34,655 nt of DNA, taken from IMG/VR virus record IMGVR_UViG_2531839666_000023; one strand, written 5' to 3'. Below the pieces are notes generated by a model. The model did no database searches and was not told the DNA's origin. It saw nothing but the letters and a program-made list of their open reading frames with translations. The translations under genes and the position numbers were made by a program. Shown here piece after piece: positions 19,234-29,218 of this stretch. Source of the stretch: a virus. Lineage: Duplodnaviria; Heunggongvirae; Uroviricota; Caudoviricetes. Position 1 is the first letter of the stretch. Every line of letters starts with the position of its first letter.

Positions 19234-19539
19234 ATGCCGGACGGTCAGACTTCACTCCTGGCAAAACTGATTATCATCGGTGCTGCCATCGGGCTGGGGC
19301 GTCTCATGGTGAGCCGCGATCGCATCACAGCCCGTCTGCTTATCGGGCGAATGATTATGGGCTCTGCCGTGGCACCGGTTGCCGCCATTCCGCTGTTTAA
19401 ATTTCCGGACATGCCGGAGCTGGTAGTGGTCGGTCTGGCGTGCGCGCTGGGCATTATGGGCAGCGCCTTTATTGAAGAATGCTTTTGCCGTCTGGCAGAC
19501 CGCTACCTGAAGCAGAAGGAACGCAGAAATGACCCATAA
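19234..19539 (+). CDS. Holin-like membrane protein
   Basis: 101 aa with three hydrophobic segments and a charged C-terminus (RYLKQKERRNDP); sits in the lysis cassette upstream of the endolysin and spanin genes. Confidence 0.5.
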   Translation: MPDGQTSLLAKLIIIGAAIGLGRLMVSRDRITARLLIGRMIMGSAVAPVAAIPLFKFPDMPELVVVGLACALGIMGSAFIEECFCRLADRYLKQKERRNDP

Positions 19540-20281
19540 GCCTTACATTTCGCCTTCCCTGAGCCTGTATCACGCGCAGGCGCATGACGTTCTGCGGATG
19601 CTGCCGGAAAACAGTGTGGACGCGCTCATCACAGACCCGCCATACAGTTCAGGTGCCACACACAAGGCGGGGCGGACATGCCAGGGCAGCCACGCCAAAT
19701 ACATCAACGATGAAGATCTTCACCGCTTTGAAGGCTTCGAAGGCGAGAACATGGACGCCCGTTCATGGGAATACTGGACGCATCTGTGGATGACACAGGC
19801 ATGGCGCACGGTACGACCCGGTGGTTACGCCCTGGTCTTCACCGACTGGCGGCAGTTGCCCGCGCTGACGGACGCATTCCAGGCCGCCGGCTTTACCTGG
19901 CGGGGGATCGTGGCATGGAACAAGGGACGGGCCTCAAGAACACCGCATACCGGTTATTTTCGTCACCAGTGCGAATATGTGGTCTGGGGCAGTAAAGGCG
20001 CGCTGGGCAAATCCCCTTCCGGGCCGTTCGACGGCTGCATCACGCACCACACACGCCCACAGGAGAAACAGCACCCGACAGGTAAACCGGAATCGTTGAT
20101 GGATGAGCTTGTGCGCGTGTGTGAACCCGGAGGGCTGATCCTCGATCCGTTTATGGGGTCCGGCACCACGGGCGTGGCCGCCCTTCGCCGGGGCTGCCGT
20201 TTTACGGGTATTGAACTGAACGCCCACTATTTCAGCGTAGCACAGGCGCGTCTTACGGGGACGGAACAGAGGAGTGACTGA
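19529..20281 (+). CDS. DNA methyltransferase, beta-class amino-MTase, probably N6-adenine; no restriction partner seen
   Basis: DPPY catalytic motif near the N-terminus (ITDPPYSSG) and AdoMet-binding FxGxG motif near the C-terminus (LDPFMGSGTTG); motif order IV then I indicates beta class. Confidence 0.8.
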   Translation: MTHKPYISPSLSLYHAQAHDVLRMLPENSVDALITDPPYSSGATHKAGRTCQGSHAKYINDEDLHRFEGFEGENMDARSWEYWTHLWMTQAWRTVRPGGYALVFTDWRQLPALTDAFQAAGFTWRGIVAWNKGRASRTPHTGYFRHQCEYVVWGSKGALGKSPSGPFDGCITHHTRPQEKQHPTGKPESLMDELVRVCEPGGLILDPFMGSGTTGVAALRRGCRFTGIELNAHYFSVAQARLTGTEQRSD

Positions 20282-20619
20282 TGAAACTGAGCGAAAAACA
20301 ACAACTGTTTGCCGTCATGATTGCCGATCTCATCCACTGGGCACAGGAGCACGGCTATCGCCTGACCTTCGGCGAGGCATACCGCACGCCGGAGCAGGCC
20401 GCACTGAATGCGAAAAGCGGAAAAGGCATTCGCAACAGCCTTCACACGCTGCGCCTCGCGGTGGACTTCAACCTGTTCATTAACGGCAAATACCAGGCCG
20501 ACACCGACGCCTACAGGCCGCTGGGGGAATACTGGGAATCCATCGGCGGCACATGGGGCGGGCGCTTCAGCCGGGCAGACGGCAATCATTTCAGCCTTGA
20601 GCACAACGGGGTGAAATGA
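20281..20619 (+). CDS. Endolysin, peptidase M15-like (L-Ala-D-Glu endopeptidase type)
   Basis: 112 aa with zinc-ligand pattern SLHTLRLAVD and C-terminal H (GNHFSLEH); position between MTase and spanin genes. Confidence 0.65.
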   Translation: MKLSEKQQLFAVMIADLIHWAQEHGYRLTFGEAYRTPEQAALNAKSGKGIRNSLHTLRLAVDFNLFINGKYQADTDAYRPLGEYWESIGGTWGGRFSRADGNHFSLEHNGVK

Positions 20620-21002
20620 TGAAACAGCTGGCGGGCTGCCTGGTGATCCTCTTTGCCGCCATGTGGGCGGGCTGGCTGGCCCATGACTGGCATGACGCCA
20701 GGGTGGCGCTTGCCGAACAGGAAGCCATGGAAGCCACGCGACGGGCGGTGACAGAAGCCGGGCAGCAGTCCGCCCGCATACTGGAAAAACGGCTGGAGGC
20801 GTTAAAGGGCAATGAAATTCACACTGAACGCGTTATTCACACGGAAACCGTCCGCCCGGTATTCCGCAATGTGTGCGCTACTGATGATTACGTCCGGCTG
20901 TTCAACGCCCGTGCTGAAGCCGCTGAGCGTACCCTGGCAGGAAAACCAGCTGACGGAATGCCCGAAGACACTGCCGAGACTGGCAGGCCCGACGGGCGCT
21001 GA
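20616..21002 (+). CDS. i-spanin (Rz/LysB-like)
   Basis: N-terminal transmembrane segment followed by charged helical region; start overlaps the endolysin stop (ATGA). Confidence 0.55.
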   Translation: MMKQLAGCLVILFAAMWAGWLAHDWHDARVALAEQEAMEATRRAVTEAGQQSARILEKRLEALKGNEIHTERVIHTETVRPVFRNVCATDDYVRLFNARAEAAERTLAGKPADGMPEDTAETGRPDGR

Positions 21003-21105
21003 TTTTGATGCGGCACTGCGAACCCTCACGAGCCGCTACACCGAATGCGCCGCCAGGCATAACAGCCTGGTGGAAACCATACGAAACACGGAGAAACTGC
21101 AATGA
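20812..21105 (+). CDS. o-spanin lipoprotein (Rz1/LysC-like), overlapping the i-spanin in another frame
   Basis: Lipobox-like LMITSGC after a short hydrophobic leader; Pro-rich mature region; ORF overlaps the 3' end of the i-spanin gene. Confidence 0.5.
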   Translation: MKFTLNALFTRKPSARYSAMCALLMITSGCSTPVLKPLSVPWQENQLTECPKTLPRLAGPTGADFDAALRTLTSRYTECAARHNSLVETIRNTEKLQ

Positions 21106-21377
21106 CCACGAAGAACACCGGCACCATCATCCTGTCCGTTGCGGGCGTAACCCTGAGCTTTGAACCGAACAAAACGGCATTTAACAACCTCATCAACGAA
21201 ATCACGATGACCAACAAGGTGGCGCCGATGAGCACCTATCTTAACCGCATCGTGACACCTGCCAGCCGCGACGCACTGGCTGACCTGATTGCGCGTTATC
21301 CGGGCTGTGAGATGCAGATCGTCGAGAAGATTAACGAGGTTTACTCCCCGAAATTGGAGATTGAGTTAAAAAACTGA
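21102..21377 (+). CDS. Tail assembly chaperone, gpE-like
   Basis: 91 aa immediately upstream of the tape measure gene; ends at the slippery heptamer. Confidence 0.55.
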   Translation: MTTKNTGTIILSVAGVTLSFEPNKTAFNNLINEITMTNKVAPMSTYLNRIVTPASRDALADLIARYPGCEMQIVEKINEVYSPKLEIELKN

Positions 21378-21565
21378 CCGCGCGGGTCGAAAGCATCCGC
21401 CGCAATCCCCTTGAGCAGTATCTGGCATTGCGGCGTCACTACCTCCCCGGAGAGCCGGACGACGAAGAGAGCATCGCCCGTGCCATCTGGCTGGATGAAT
21501 ATTTTGCCCGTACCCGCGCCAACAAGACCGCTGAAGGTATAGCGATCGCATTTAACGGAAGGTGA
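21102..21565 (+). CDS. Tail assembly chaperone frameshift product (E+E'-like), -1 frameshift at A_AAA_AAC
   Basis: Slippery heptamer AAAAAAC at 21368-21374; the -1 frame is open for 63 further codons from 21374 to a TGA at 21563-21565, 1 nt before the tape measure ATG. Confidence 0.5.
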
Positions 21566-21566
21566 C

Positions 21567-23753
21567 ATGGCCAGCCAGCTGGATTTCATTATCAATCTGA
21601 CAGACCAGCTTACCCGCCCGCTGCGGCAGGTTCAGGAATCCGTGACGGGATTCGCCGAACGCTCGCAGGGCGCGTTCGCGCGTATCGGTGTGGGTGTGGC
21701 CGGACTGTGGGGCGTGGCCGAAGGTATCCGCGCCGCGATGGATCCGGCGTGGGAGATGCAGAAGGCGCTGGGCGAGCTTGAGGCCAAAGGCGTCGGGGCG
21801 CAGGCGCTGACCGCCCTCACCACGCAGGCCATGAAACTGGGGACCGCATTCGGTCAGTCTTCCACGGAGATCATCCGTTCCGCATGGCATATTCGCGGCG
21901 CACTGGACGGACTGAGCGACGGGGATTTACCCCGTGTGACGGCAGCAACCAGCACCCTGGCCGTGGCTGCCCGCGTCAGCAGCGAAGAGGCGAGCGGCTA
22001 CCTTGCCGCCATGGGTGCCCGTTTCCGCAGTGAGTTTTCTGCCATGGGTGCCGTGGGGTTTGCTGAAGATCTGGCAGGTAAAACCGCGTGGATGGTTCAG
22101 CAGTTCGGTGTGGAAATGAGCACCATGCAGGAGCTTATTGAGGGCACCAAAAACGCGGGCGCGGATTTTGGCGTCAGCATGGCAGAGCAGTTTGCCATAC
22201 TGGGCACCCTGTCACGGACCATGGGCACCGAGGCATCGGGCATCTATGAGGAATTCCTGCGCAGTGCCCCCGCTGCCGCACAAAAAATGGGGATGAGTTT
22301 TGTCGATGTCACCGGGAGGATTTTACCCATGGGTGACATCCTCGACCGTCTGCAGGCGAGGTTCGGCAGGAACATTGAGGGTAACGTGGCGGCACAACAG
22401 GCGCTGGATGACGCCTTCGGCAGTGGCGCGGACGTGATTAAAAAACTCTGGGGACAGCAGGAAATGCTTAACCGGAGCATATCAGCGCTGGGGCGTAATG
22501 ACGGCATGAAGCGTGCCACGGAAATGGCTGAAGCCATGACCGACCCGTGGGATCGCCTTGTGGCCTCCTTCTACAACATCCGGGCCGCCATCGGTAATGC
22601 CCTCTACCCCATTCTCGCACCACTGGCTGGCCGTTTTGCCGATATCGGCGCGACGTTCGTGCGCTGGCTGAACATGTTCCCGAACATCGCCCGCTGGCTG
22701 GGTTACATCACGCTGACCATGCTGGCGCTGGGCGCAGCCGGTGCGGTCACGAACATCGTGCTGGGTGTGTTCAGCTTCATCATGGAAGGCCATAAGGCCA
22801 TCATAAAGGGCGCCAGGGCAGCCTGGAGTCTGTACACGCTTGCACTCACAAAAGTACGCAGTGCCATCATTGCCACCAGTCTTGCCGCGCGTCTGGCGGG
22901 CGTGTCGTTTCTGACCATGAGCGCCCCGGTCCTCCTGGTTGCCGCCGCCATCGCTGCTCTGGTGGTGGTGGCCATTAAGTTCTGGCAGCCCATCAAAGCC
23001 TTTATTCGCGGCTTTATTGATGGTTTTACCAGCGCACTGGACGCCATGAGCCCGGTGACTGCCGCGTTCGGTGACATTGCCCGGGCGCTGGCCCCGGTAT
23101 GGCAGGGCATAAAAACCCTGTTCAGTGCCTTCTCCGATCTGTTTGCACCGGTACAGCTGACCACGGGACAGATGAACAGCGTCACCCGTGCCGGGGAAAC
23201 ATGCGGTCGCGTGGTGGCCGCAGCGGTAAGCCTGATATCCCCCGCGCTGGAGGTGGTTATCAGCGTGATCAGAACCCTGATCGACATCTTCGCCATCGTC
23301 ATCAGAGGGTGGCAGGACGTGGTGGCTGCATTTGACCCGACCGCCCCGGTCGAATCCTTCCGGAAAATGGCGGGGATCATCGGTAACGTCTTCGGGGACT
23401 TATGGAACGTCATTAAAAACTCGTTTAACCGGACGTGGAACTGGCTTGCGGAAAAGCTGAACAAAATCCCCGGTATCAGTATCGACATGAAGCCCACGGA
23501 GCAGGTGAACACCATGACGCGGGGCGCAACAGGCAGCACCGTACCTCCGCAGATTGCAGAAACCGCCGTCCCGGCACTGGCAGGCAACCGCATCAGCGCA
23601 GAGCTGCCACCCGGAGGCATACGCAACCAGATACGCACGGACACCTCAACCCGTATCGACAACAGCCGGACGTTCGGCAATCTGACAATCAACACGCAGA
23701 ACCCGATGACGCCGGGGCAACTGGATGAATGGACGGAGCTTTACGCGGGATGA
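21567..23753 (+). CDS. Tail tape measure protein
   Basis: 728 aa, Ala/Gly-rich with hydrophobic segments, directly after the chaperone and frameshift pair. Confidence 0.8.
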   Translation: MASQLDFIINLTDQLTRPLRQVQESVTGFAERSQGAFARIGVGVAGLWGVAEGIRAAMDPAWEMQKALGELEAKGVGAQALTALTTQAMKLGTAFGQSSTEIIRSAWHIRGALDGLSDGDLPRVTAATSTLAVAARVSSEEASGYLAAMGARFRSEFSAMGAVGFAEDLAGKTAWMVQQFGVEMSTMQELIEGTKNAGADFGVSMAEQFAILGTLSRTMGTEASGIYEEFLRSAPAAAQKMGMSFVDVTGRILPMGDILDRLQARFGRNIEGNVAAQQALDDAFGSGADVIKKLWGQQEMLNRSISALGRNDGMKRATEMAEAMTDPWDRLVASFYNIRAAIGNALYPILAPLAGRFADIGATFVRWLNMFPNIARWLGYITLTMLALGAAGAVTNIVLGVFSFIMEGHKAIIKGARAAWSLYTLALTKVRSAIIATSLAARLAGVSFLTMSAPVLLVAAAIAALVVVAIKFWQPIKAFIRGFIDGFTSALDAMSPVTAAFGDIARALAPVWQGIKTLFSAFSDLFAPVQLTTGQMNSVTRAGETCGRVVAAAVSLISPALEVVISVIRTLIDIFAIVIRGWQDVVAAFDPTAPVESFRKMAGIIGNVFGDLWNVIKNSFNRTWNWLAEKLNKIPGISIDMKPTEQVNTMTRGATGSTVPPQIAETAVPALAGNRISAELPPGGIRNQIRTDTSTRIDNSRTFGNLTINTQNPMTPGQLDEWTELYAG

Positions 23754-24100
23754 ACACGCCATCGCTTTACATCGACCTGCTTATCACTGACGGCAGTTTT
23801 ACGCTGAACAGCGGAAACGAGCCACAGCGATGTGATAACCGGGTCAGCATCGGCCAGGACGTGGTGCACAGCATTATCGAAAGCGGGATCGCCGCCCTGC
23901 TTATCGGCGAACGCAGCCCGACGCTGCGCAGCGACATCATTACCCGGCTTATCCTCCTGGTTGAGGATGATGAACGGCTGGTTCCGGGGACGGTGTTCAT
24001 TAACGAAGAGGCACCGGGCAGGCTGCATGTGACGGCAGAGACACAGGATTTTGGACGCATAAACACCAGGGTGAACTATGAAAGGGAAACCGGACGTTGA
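23750..24100 (+). CDS. Baseplate wedge protein, gpW/gp25-like
   Basis: 116 aa, ATGA-coupled to the tape measure gene, immediately upstream of the J-like gene as in P2; contains a GER motif (LLIGERSP). Confidence 0.45.
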   Translation: MNTPSLYIDLLITDGSFTLNSGNEPQRCDNRVSIGQDVVHSIIESGIAALLIGERSPTLRSDIITRLILLVEDDERLVPGTVFINEEAPGRLHVTAETQDFGRINTRVNYERETGR

Positions 24101-25262
24101 TTTTAATCAGGTATTCCGTGAAAGCGGTATGCCGGAAACAGAAGAAGAGATCGCCACCCTCTTTCATGAGGATGTACAGAAAACCGGACTCATCACCAAC
24201 ACCTCGCCCATGAGTCCCTTCTGGCGGCTCATTCTGACCATTGTCATACGACCCGTTCAGTGGCTGCGTGATGCGCTGGTTGACGTTGTGCTGCCCGGTA
24301 TGTTTGTCGCCACGGCTGACCGGTCACTTCTTCTGCTTCATGCGCACGACGTCAACATCACCCCAAAACCGGCCAGTAAGGCCCGTGGCGTGATCTGGTT
24401 TGCCAAAACCAGAGCAAATGATGATGTTCTCATCCCCGAAGGGACCATCGTCCAGACCGCCAGAATTAACGGCGTGATATACAGCATGGCCGTCACGGAG
24501 GAAACGCTTATCAGCAGCGGTAAAAGCGGCGCATCCGTTCCCGTGGAAGCCACCACCGAAGGCAGCGGGCACAACCTCGCGCCGGGGTACTTCCGAATCC
24601 TTCCCGTTGCCATTCCCGGCATTGCATCCGTGGTGAACCGGGAAGACTGGCTGACCGTACCGGGTGCCGATGAGGAAAGCGACGACGAACTGCGCGACAG
24701 AATACGCAACCAGTTTAACCTCGTGAGCAGTTACCACACGGACGCCGTCTACCGGGGACTTATCGCCAGCGTGGCGGGCCTGAGCATCGACCGGATCTAC
24801 TTTCAGCACGACGCCCCGAGAGGACCGGGAACGGCCAACGCCTACCTGTTACTGGACAGCGGCGAGGCCTCTGCCCCTTTTATTGAAGCAGTCAACCGCT
24901 ACATCAACGAAGAGGGGCACCACGGACACGGGGATGATTTGCAGTGTTTCGCCATGCCGGAGACGCGTCACCGTCTGGACGTCACCGTATACATCAGAAG
25001 CTCAACCACCCTGCCACCGGACGGCGCGGAAGGGCTGAAACAGGATATCAGCGACCTGATACGCTGCGCTTTTCGGGAGAATGCCCGCTTTAATGTGAAA
25101 AAAGTCTGGCCCTATTCGCGCTTTTCGTTTTCCACGCTGGGCAAGGAAATTCATCAGACCTTCCCGGTGGTGGCTTCGGTTCAGTTTTCACTGGAAGACA
25201 TCATCAGCGATCTGGCCGTGCCACGGCTCGAATCCCTGACAGTGGAGGTGGTCATTGAATGA
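24078..25262 (+). CDS. Baseplate protein, gpJ-like
   Basis: 394 aa at the W-J-I-H-G position of the baseplate module. Confidence 0.65.
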   Translation: MKGKPDVDFNQVFRESGMPETEEEIATLFHEDVQKTGLITNTSPMSPFWRLILTIVIRPVQWLRDALVDVVLPGMFVATADRSLLLLHAHDVNITPKPASKARGVIWFAKTRANDDVLIPEGTIVQTARINGVIYSMAVTEETLISSGKSGASVPVEATTEGSGHNLAPGYFRILPVAIPGIASVVNREDWLTVPGADEESDDELRDRIRNQFNLVSSYHTDAVYRGLIASVAGLSIDRIYFQHDAPRGPGTANAYLLLDSGEASAPFIEAVNRYINEEGHHGHGDDLQCFAMPETRHRLDVTVYIRSSTTLPPDGAEGLKQDISDLIRCAFRENARFNVKKVWPYSRFSFSTLGKEIHQTFPVVASVQFSLEDIISDLAVPRLESLTVEVVIE

Positions 25263-25803
25263 CTTTTTGCAGCGACTTCGCTCGCTGAAACTGCCCTCCT
25301 GGATGGACAGGGGGGAACCCGACAAACTGCTGCGGGCCGCGCAGGCGTTCTGGTCCCGCGTATGGGAATGGATCACCTGGCCCGTGCGCCAGTTTGACCC
25401 CATGACATGTGCAGAGCCCGTACTTGATTTACTGGCATGGGAGCGGGACATCACCCGTTTTAAAGGTGAACCCACATCACTGTACCGCCGCCGTATCGCC
25501 CACGCCTTTGTCAATGCACAGGACGCCGGAGAGGTGGCAGGATTTATTGCCATTTTTGAACGGCTGGGCATTGGACATGTGGAGTTGCAGGAGCGCAAGC
25601 CCGGCGTGGACTGGGATGTGATCCTGGTGCAGGTGACAGACAGCCAGATAGCCGACAACAGCGATCTTCTTCTGGAGATCATCCGCAAATATGGCAGGAC
25701 ATGCCGCCGTTACCGTTTTGAGGTGGAAACCCTTAACCCCTTCATCATCCATTATGGCGCATACGAAGGGGAGTATATCTGCTGGACGGCCAGGGCAGAG
25801 TGA
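25255..25803 (+). CDS. Tail/baseplate protein, gpI-like
   Basis: 182 aa overlapping the J-like gene end and preceding the tail fibre gene. Confidence 0.6.
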   Translation: MNDFLQRLRSLKLPSWMDRGEPDKLLRAAQAFWSRVWEWITWPVRQFDPMTCAEPVLDLLAWERDITRFKGEPTSLYRRRIAHAFVNAQDAGEVAGFIAIFERLGIGHVELQERKPGVDWDVILVQVTDSQIADNSDLLLEIIRKYGRTCRRYRFEVETLNPFIIHYGAYEGEYICWTARAE

Positions 25804-25825
25804 ATGACTGAAGGAGTATGACTTT

Positions 25826-27885
25826 ATGGCGAAATCTGTAATTACCAGCGCCTTTATCCGGCTCAAGGCACAGCAGGCGGCGGAAGGCACCCCCGTTGTG
25901 CTGGATGAGTTTGTTTTTGCAAACGTCCCGGACCTCAACCCGGAAACACCGGTATCCCCCGACGAAACCCTGCCACCTGAAGATCAGATTGTTCACCGCC
26001 AGGCCGTTGGCAAAACCGGCGTGGTGAATGAGAATGCCGTGGTTTATTCGGTCACCCTGGGGGCAGAGCTGGGTGATTTTGAATTTAACTGGGTGGGACT
26101 GGTCAGCAAAGCAACCAGCACGCTGGCCATGATTGTTCACGCCCCCACACAGAAAAAAATCAGAACCCACAACGGTAACGAAGGTAATGTGCTGGTCCGT
26201 TCCATGCTCATGGAGTACAGCGGTGCGAAGGAAGCCACAGGTATCACCACCCCGGCGCAGACCTGGCAGATAGACTTCACGGCACGCCTGGCGGCCATGG
26301 ACGAGCGCCAGCGCCGGGAAAACATCGATATTTACGGTAACGCTGCATTCTTTGGGGACGGCTGGCTGGTTAAAAAAGGCGAAAGATGGTCACTCTGCAA
26401 AGGGACCGGTTACGTGGAGGGATTACGCGCAGAGCTGACCGAAGACATACCGCTGACCACGCCAGACTTCCCGTCCCGTATCTGGCTGACAGTATGGTGG
26501 ACCGGTACGCTCACCAGTGAATGGACGGTGGAGCACGATATTATCATGGCCGACCCCGCCGCCACGGAAGAGATCCTGCTGGAAGCACACAGGAAGGAGG
26601 CCGCCCGGCAATATTTTTTTGCCCTTGCTGACATTGATGAAGACGGCAACGTGACTGACCTGCGCCCCAGAGGAACGCCGGAAGAACGCCGCTGGCTGGA
26701 CGCTCTGAAAAAACACGAGAAATCACGCAACCACCCGGACGCAACGCTGAAAGAAAAGGGCTTCACACAGTTAAGCAGCGCCACCACCAGTACATCAGAG
26801 ACACAGGCAGCCACGCCAAAGGCTATAAAGATCGCCATGGACAACGCCGATGGTCGGCTTGCGAAAAACCGCAATGGTGAGGACATCCCCAACAAGGAGC
26901 TGTTCCTGATCAACGTGGGCGCACCACGCGTTTATGCAAAAGACGGGTACGTGGGTGAAGCAGGGCAACGCTGGACAACAGAACAATTCGTGGAATGGCT
27001 GAATGAACGTGGCGCCTTCAGACCAGGACTCTGGATATTCAAAGCCAATATTTCACTTTCCCGGCACAGCGTGCTCACTGATACGGGCTATGGTGATATC
27101 TGCCTTGGAGGCTGCCTTATCGAAGTATCAGGCGACATCAACGGGGGGATCATCAGGATCACGACAGGTCTCGAAAGCCCAAACCCTGCCGACATGCACC
27201 TCCGCACACAGTTCACCGGGGTTGTTTTAAATAAAGGGAAAAGCACCATCTGGTACCGCACTTACACGGACAAAAACAAACCCACACCACAGGACATCGG
27301 CGCACTGCCTGCAAGTGAGTTGTTACCCGCAGGCGTTCCCCTGCCGTGGCCGTCAGACACCCCACCTGCCGGTTACGCCATCATGGTGGGGCAGACATTC
27401 GATAAAGCACGATATCCCCTGCTGGCAAAAGCCTATCCGGATGGTCGTATCCCGGATATGCGTGGCTGGACAATCAAGGGAAACCTGCCAGCGGTCGTGC
27501 GGTATTGTCACAGGAGCAGGACGGCATCAAATCGCACACCCACGGAGGGAGCGTCTCAAATACTGACCTTGGCACAAAAACGACCTCATCCTTCAATTAC
27601 GGCACAAAAACAACAAACAGCGCGGGGCCGTTCAGCGCAACAATATCATTAAGAACCGCCACCGCGTCACCGGAAGGCAGCGGTGACTGGACCGCATACG
27701 GGCCGGGCTCCGGGGCGAACCTGATCGCCAGAGTTTCGGAACACACACATTCGGTAAGCATTGGCGAACACATCCACACGCTCGCACTGGGTCAACATGG
27801 CCACGGCCTGACCATTAACCCCACCGGTAATGCGGAAAACACCGTCAAAAACATCGCATTTAACTACATCGTGAGGCTTGCATAA
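25826..27885 (+). pseudogene. Tail fibre protein (gpH-like) with reading frame interrupted near 27478-27483
   Basis: N-terminal ORF 25826-27652 and overlapping C-terminal ORF in another frame to 27885; the fibre-like sequence ([22 protein letters not shown]...[15 protein letters not shown]) continues in the second frame from the GGGAAA tract; its stop overlaps the tail-fibre-assembly start (TAATG). Confidence 0.7.
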
Positions 27886-28481
27886 TGACCTTTAAAATGA
27901 GCGAACACCCACAGACAATTAAAATCTACAACCTGTCAGCCGGAACAAATGAATTTATCGGCGAAGGCGATGCCTGGATCCCTCCGCATACCGGACTGCC
28001 TGCGCACTCAACGGACATTGCCCCGCCTGACATTCCTGAAGGACACGTGGCTATCTTTGATGAGGATGAAAACGCCTGGCACCTCATGGAAGATCACCGG
28101 GGTAAAGCCGTCTGGCGTCTGGAGTCGGGGAGCGCCTTACTGATTACTGAGCCGGGCCCGTTACCGGAAAACGTGACAGAAATAAAACCGGACGGGGAGT
28201 TCTGCCGGTGGGATGGTTCATCATGGGTTAAGGATGAAGCAGCAGAACAGGCTTACCGGGTGAGCGAGGCGGAGAACAAAAAACGGGAATTAATACAGGA
28301 AGCAACAAATACAATAAACATCCTCCAGGATGCCGTGGATTTAAATATGGCGACCGACGATGAAAGCGCCCTGCTTCCCCTGTGGAAAAAATACCGGGTA
28401 TTACTGAACCGGACAGACACGGGCAACGCGCCGGATATTGTCTGGCCTGAATCCCCTTCGCCGGATCATCACGCAGGCTGA
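27885..28481 (+). CDS. Tail fibre assembly protein, gpG/Tfa-like
   Basis: 198 aa directly downstream of and coupled to the fibre gene. Confidence 0.7.
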   Translation: MTFKMSEHPQTIKIYNLSAGTNEFIGEGDAWIPPHTGLPAHSTDIAPPDIPEGHVAIFDEDENAWHLMEDHRGKAVWRLESGSALLITEPGPLPENVTEIKPDGEFCRWDGSSWVKDEAAEQAYRVSEAENKKRELIQEATNTINILQDAVDLNMATDDESALLPLWKKYRVLLNRTDTGNAPDIVWPESPSPDHHAG

Positions 28482-28492
28482 CCGGAGGCACC

Positions 28493-29218
28493 ATGACGTG
28501 GACAAGAAAAACAATCAGCGTCAGCGCTGACATGCCCCCGCTGAGCTGTTCCGTCATCCCCGTCACACCGTGGACTTACGGGCTGGGACGATATGAAGAA
28601 TCGGGGGTATATTTAAGCCCTCCGAACGCCATAAACTGGCTGGCCGGGAAAATGGCCGGAAGCCGTGCATCCGGCGACGTGACCATTATCATGATTGCCG
28701 AAAACACCCACGATCTTTTTATACAGTCAATGGCGGCACTGACCACCGTTCTGCCCGTGCCGGTATTCACGCAGGCACAGCGCATGGCACAGGCTGCCGC
28801 CAGTCTGAGCACTGACAAAATGCAAATCCCGATCACCACCGACACCCTGCCCGCACCTGTGCATCTTTCCGTTTCCACAATACGCAGCGCAGTCAGTGCC
28901 GCCCGTGCAGCACAGGCCAGGCAGCTGGCAGCACAACGCCCGGATGCCGCAGGGCTTCGCCGCCAGATAAGCCGCTTTATCAGCAGACGGGCTGGCGCAC
29001 TTGCCGGACTGGAAGAGGGGATCAGAACACTGGCAGAACAGAAGGCGCAGGCCTGGGTATTTCAGTACCGGGGGTATCACCGCGCCGCAGCGGCGGCCAT
29101 GGTGAAGGATATCCCGGCACCGACCGCCGTACATACTGTGGCCGCACTCCTGGCGGCAGACTCATTAACCGAACTGGGGAAAATGATCCATGAGCCAGAC
29201 CGCACTGCTCGCCCTTGA
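28493..29218 (+). CDS. Hypothetical protein (241 aa) after the tail fibre assembly gene
   Basis: ORF with Ala/Arg-rich helical C-terminal half; no motif recognised. Confidence 0.35.
   Translation: MTWTRKTISVSADMPPLSCSVIPVTPWTYGLGRYEESGVYLSPPNAINWLAGKMAGSRASGDVTIIMIAENTHDLFIQSMAALTTVLPVPVFTQAQRMAQAAASLSTDKMQIPITTDTLPAPVHLSVSTIRSAVSAARAAQARQLAAQRPDAAGLRRQISRFISRRAGALAGLEEGIRTLAEQKAQAWVFQYRGYHRAAAAAMVKDIPAPTAVHTVAALLAADSLTELGKMIHEPDRTARP

Noticed and set aside
22703-23695. 330 aa ORF on the minus strand inside the tape measure gene
   Set aside because: Entirely antisense to a well-supported long structural gene; composition is Ala/Arg/Ser/Thr-rich as expected for a shadow frame in GC-rich DNA; no RBS or partner context.
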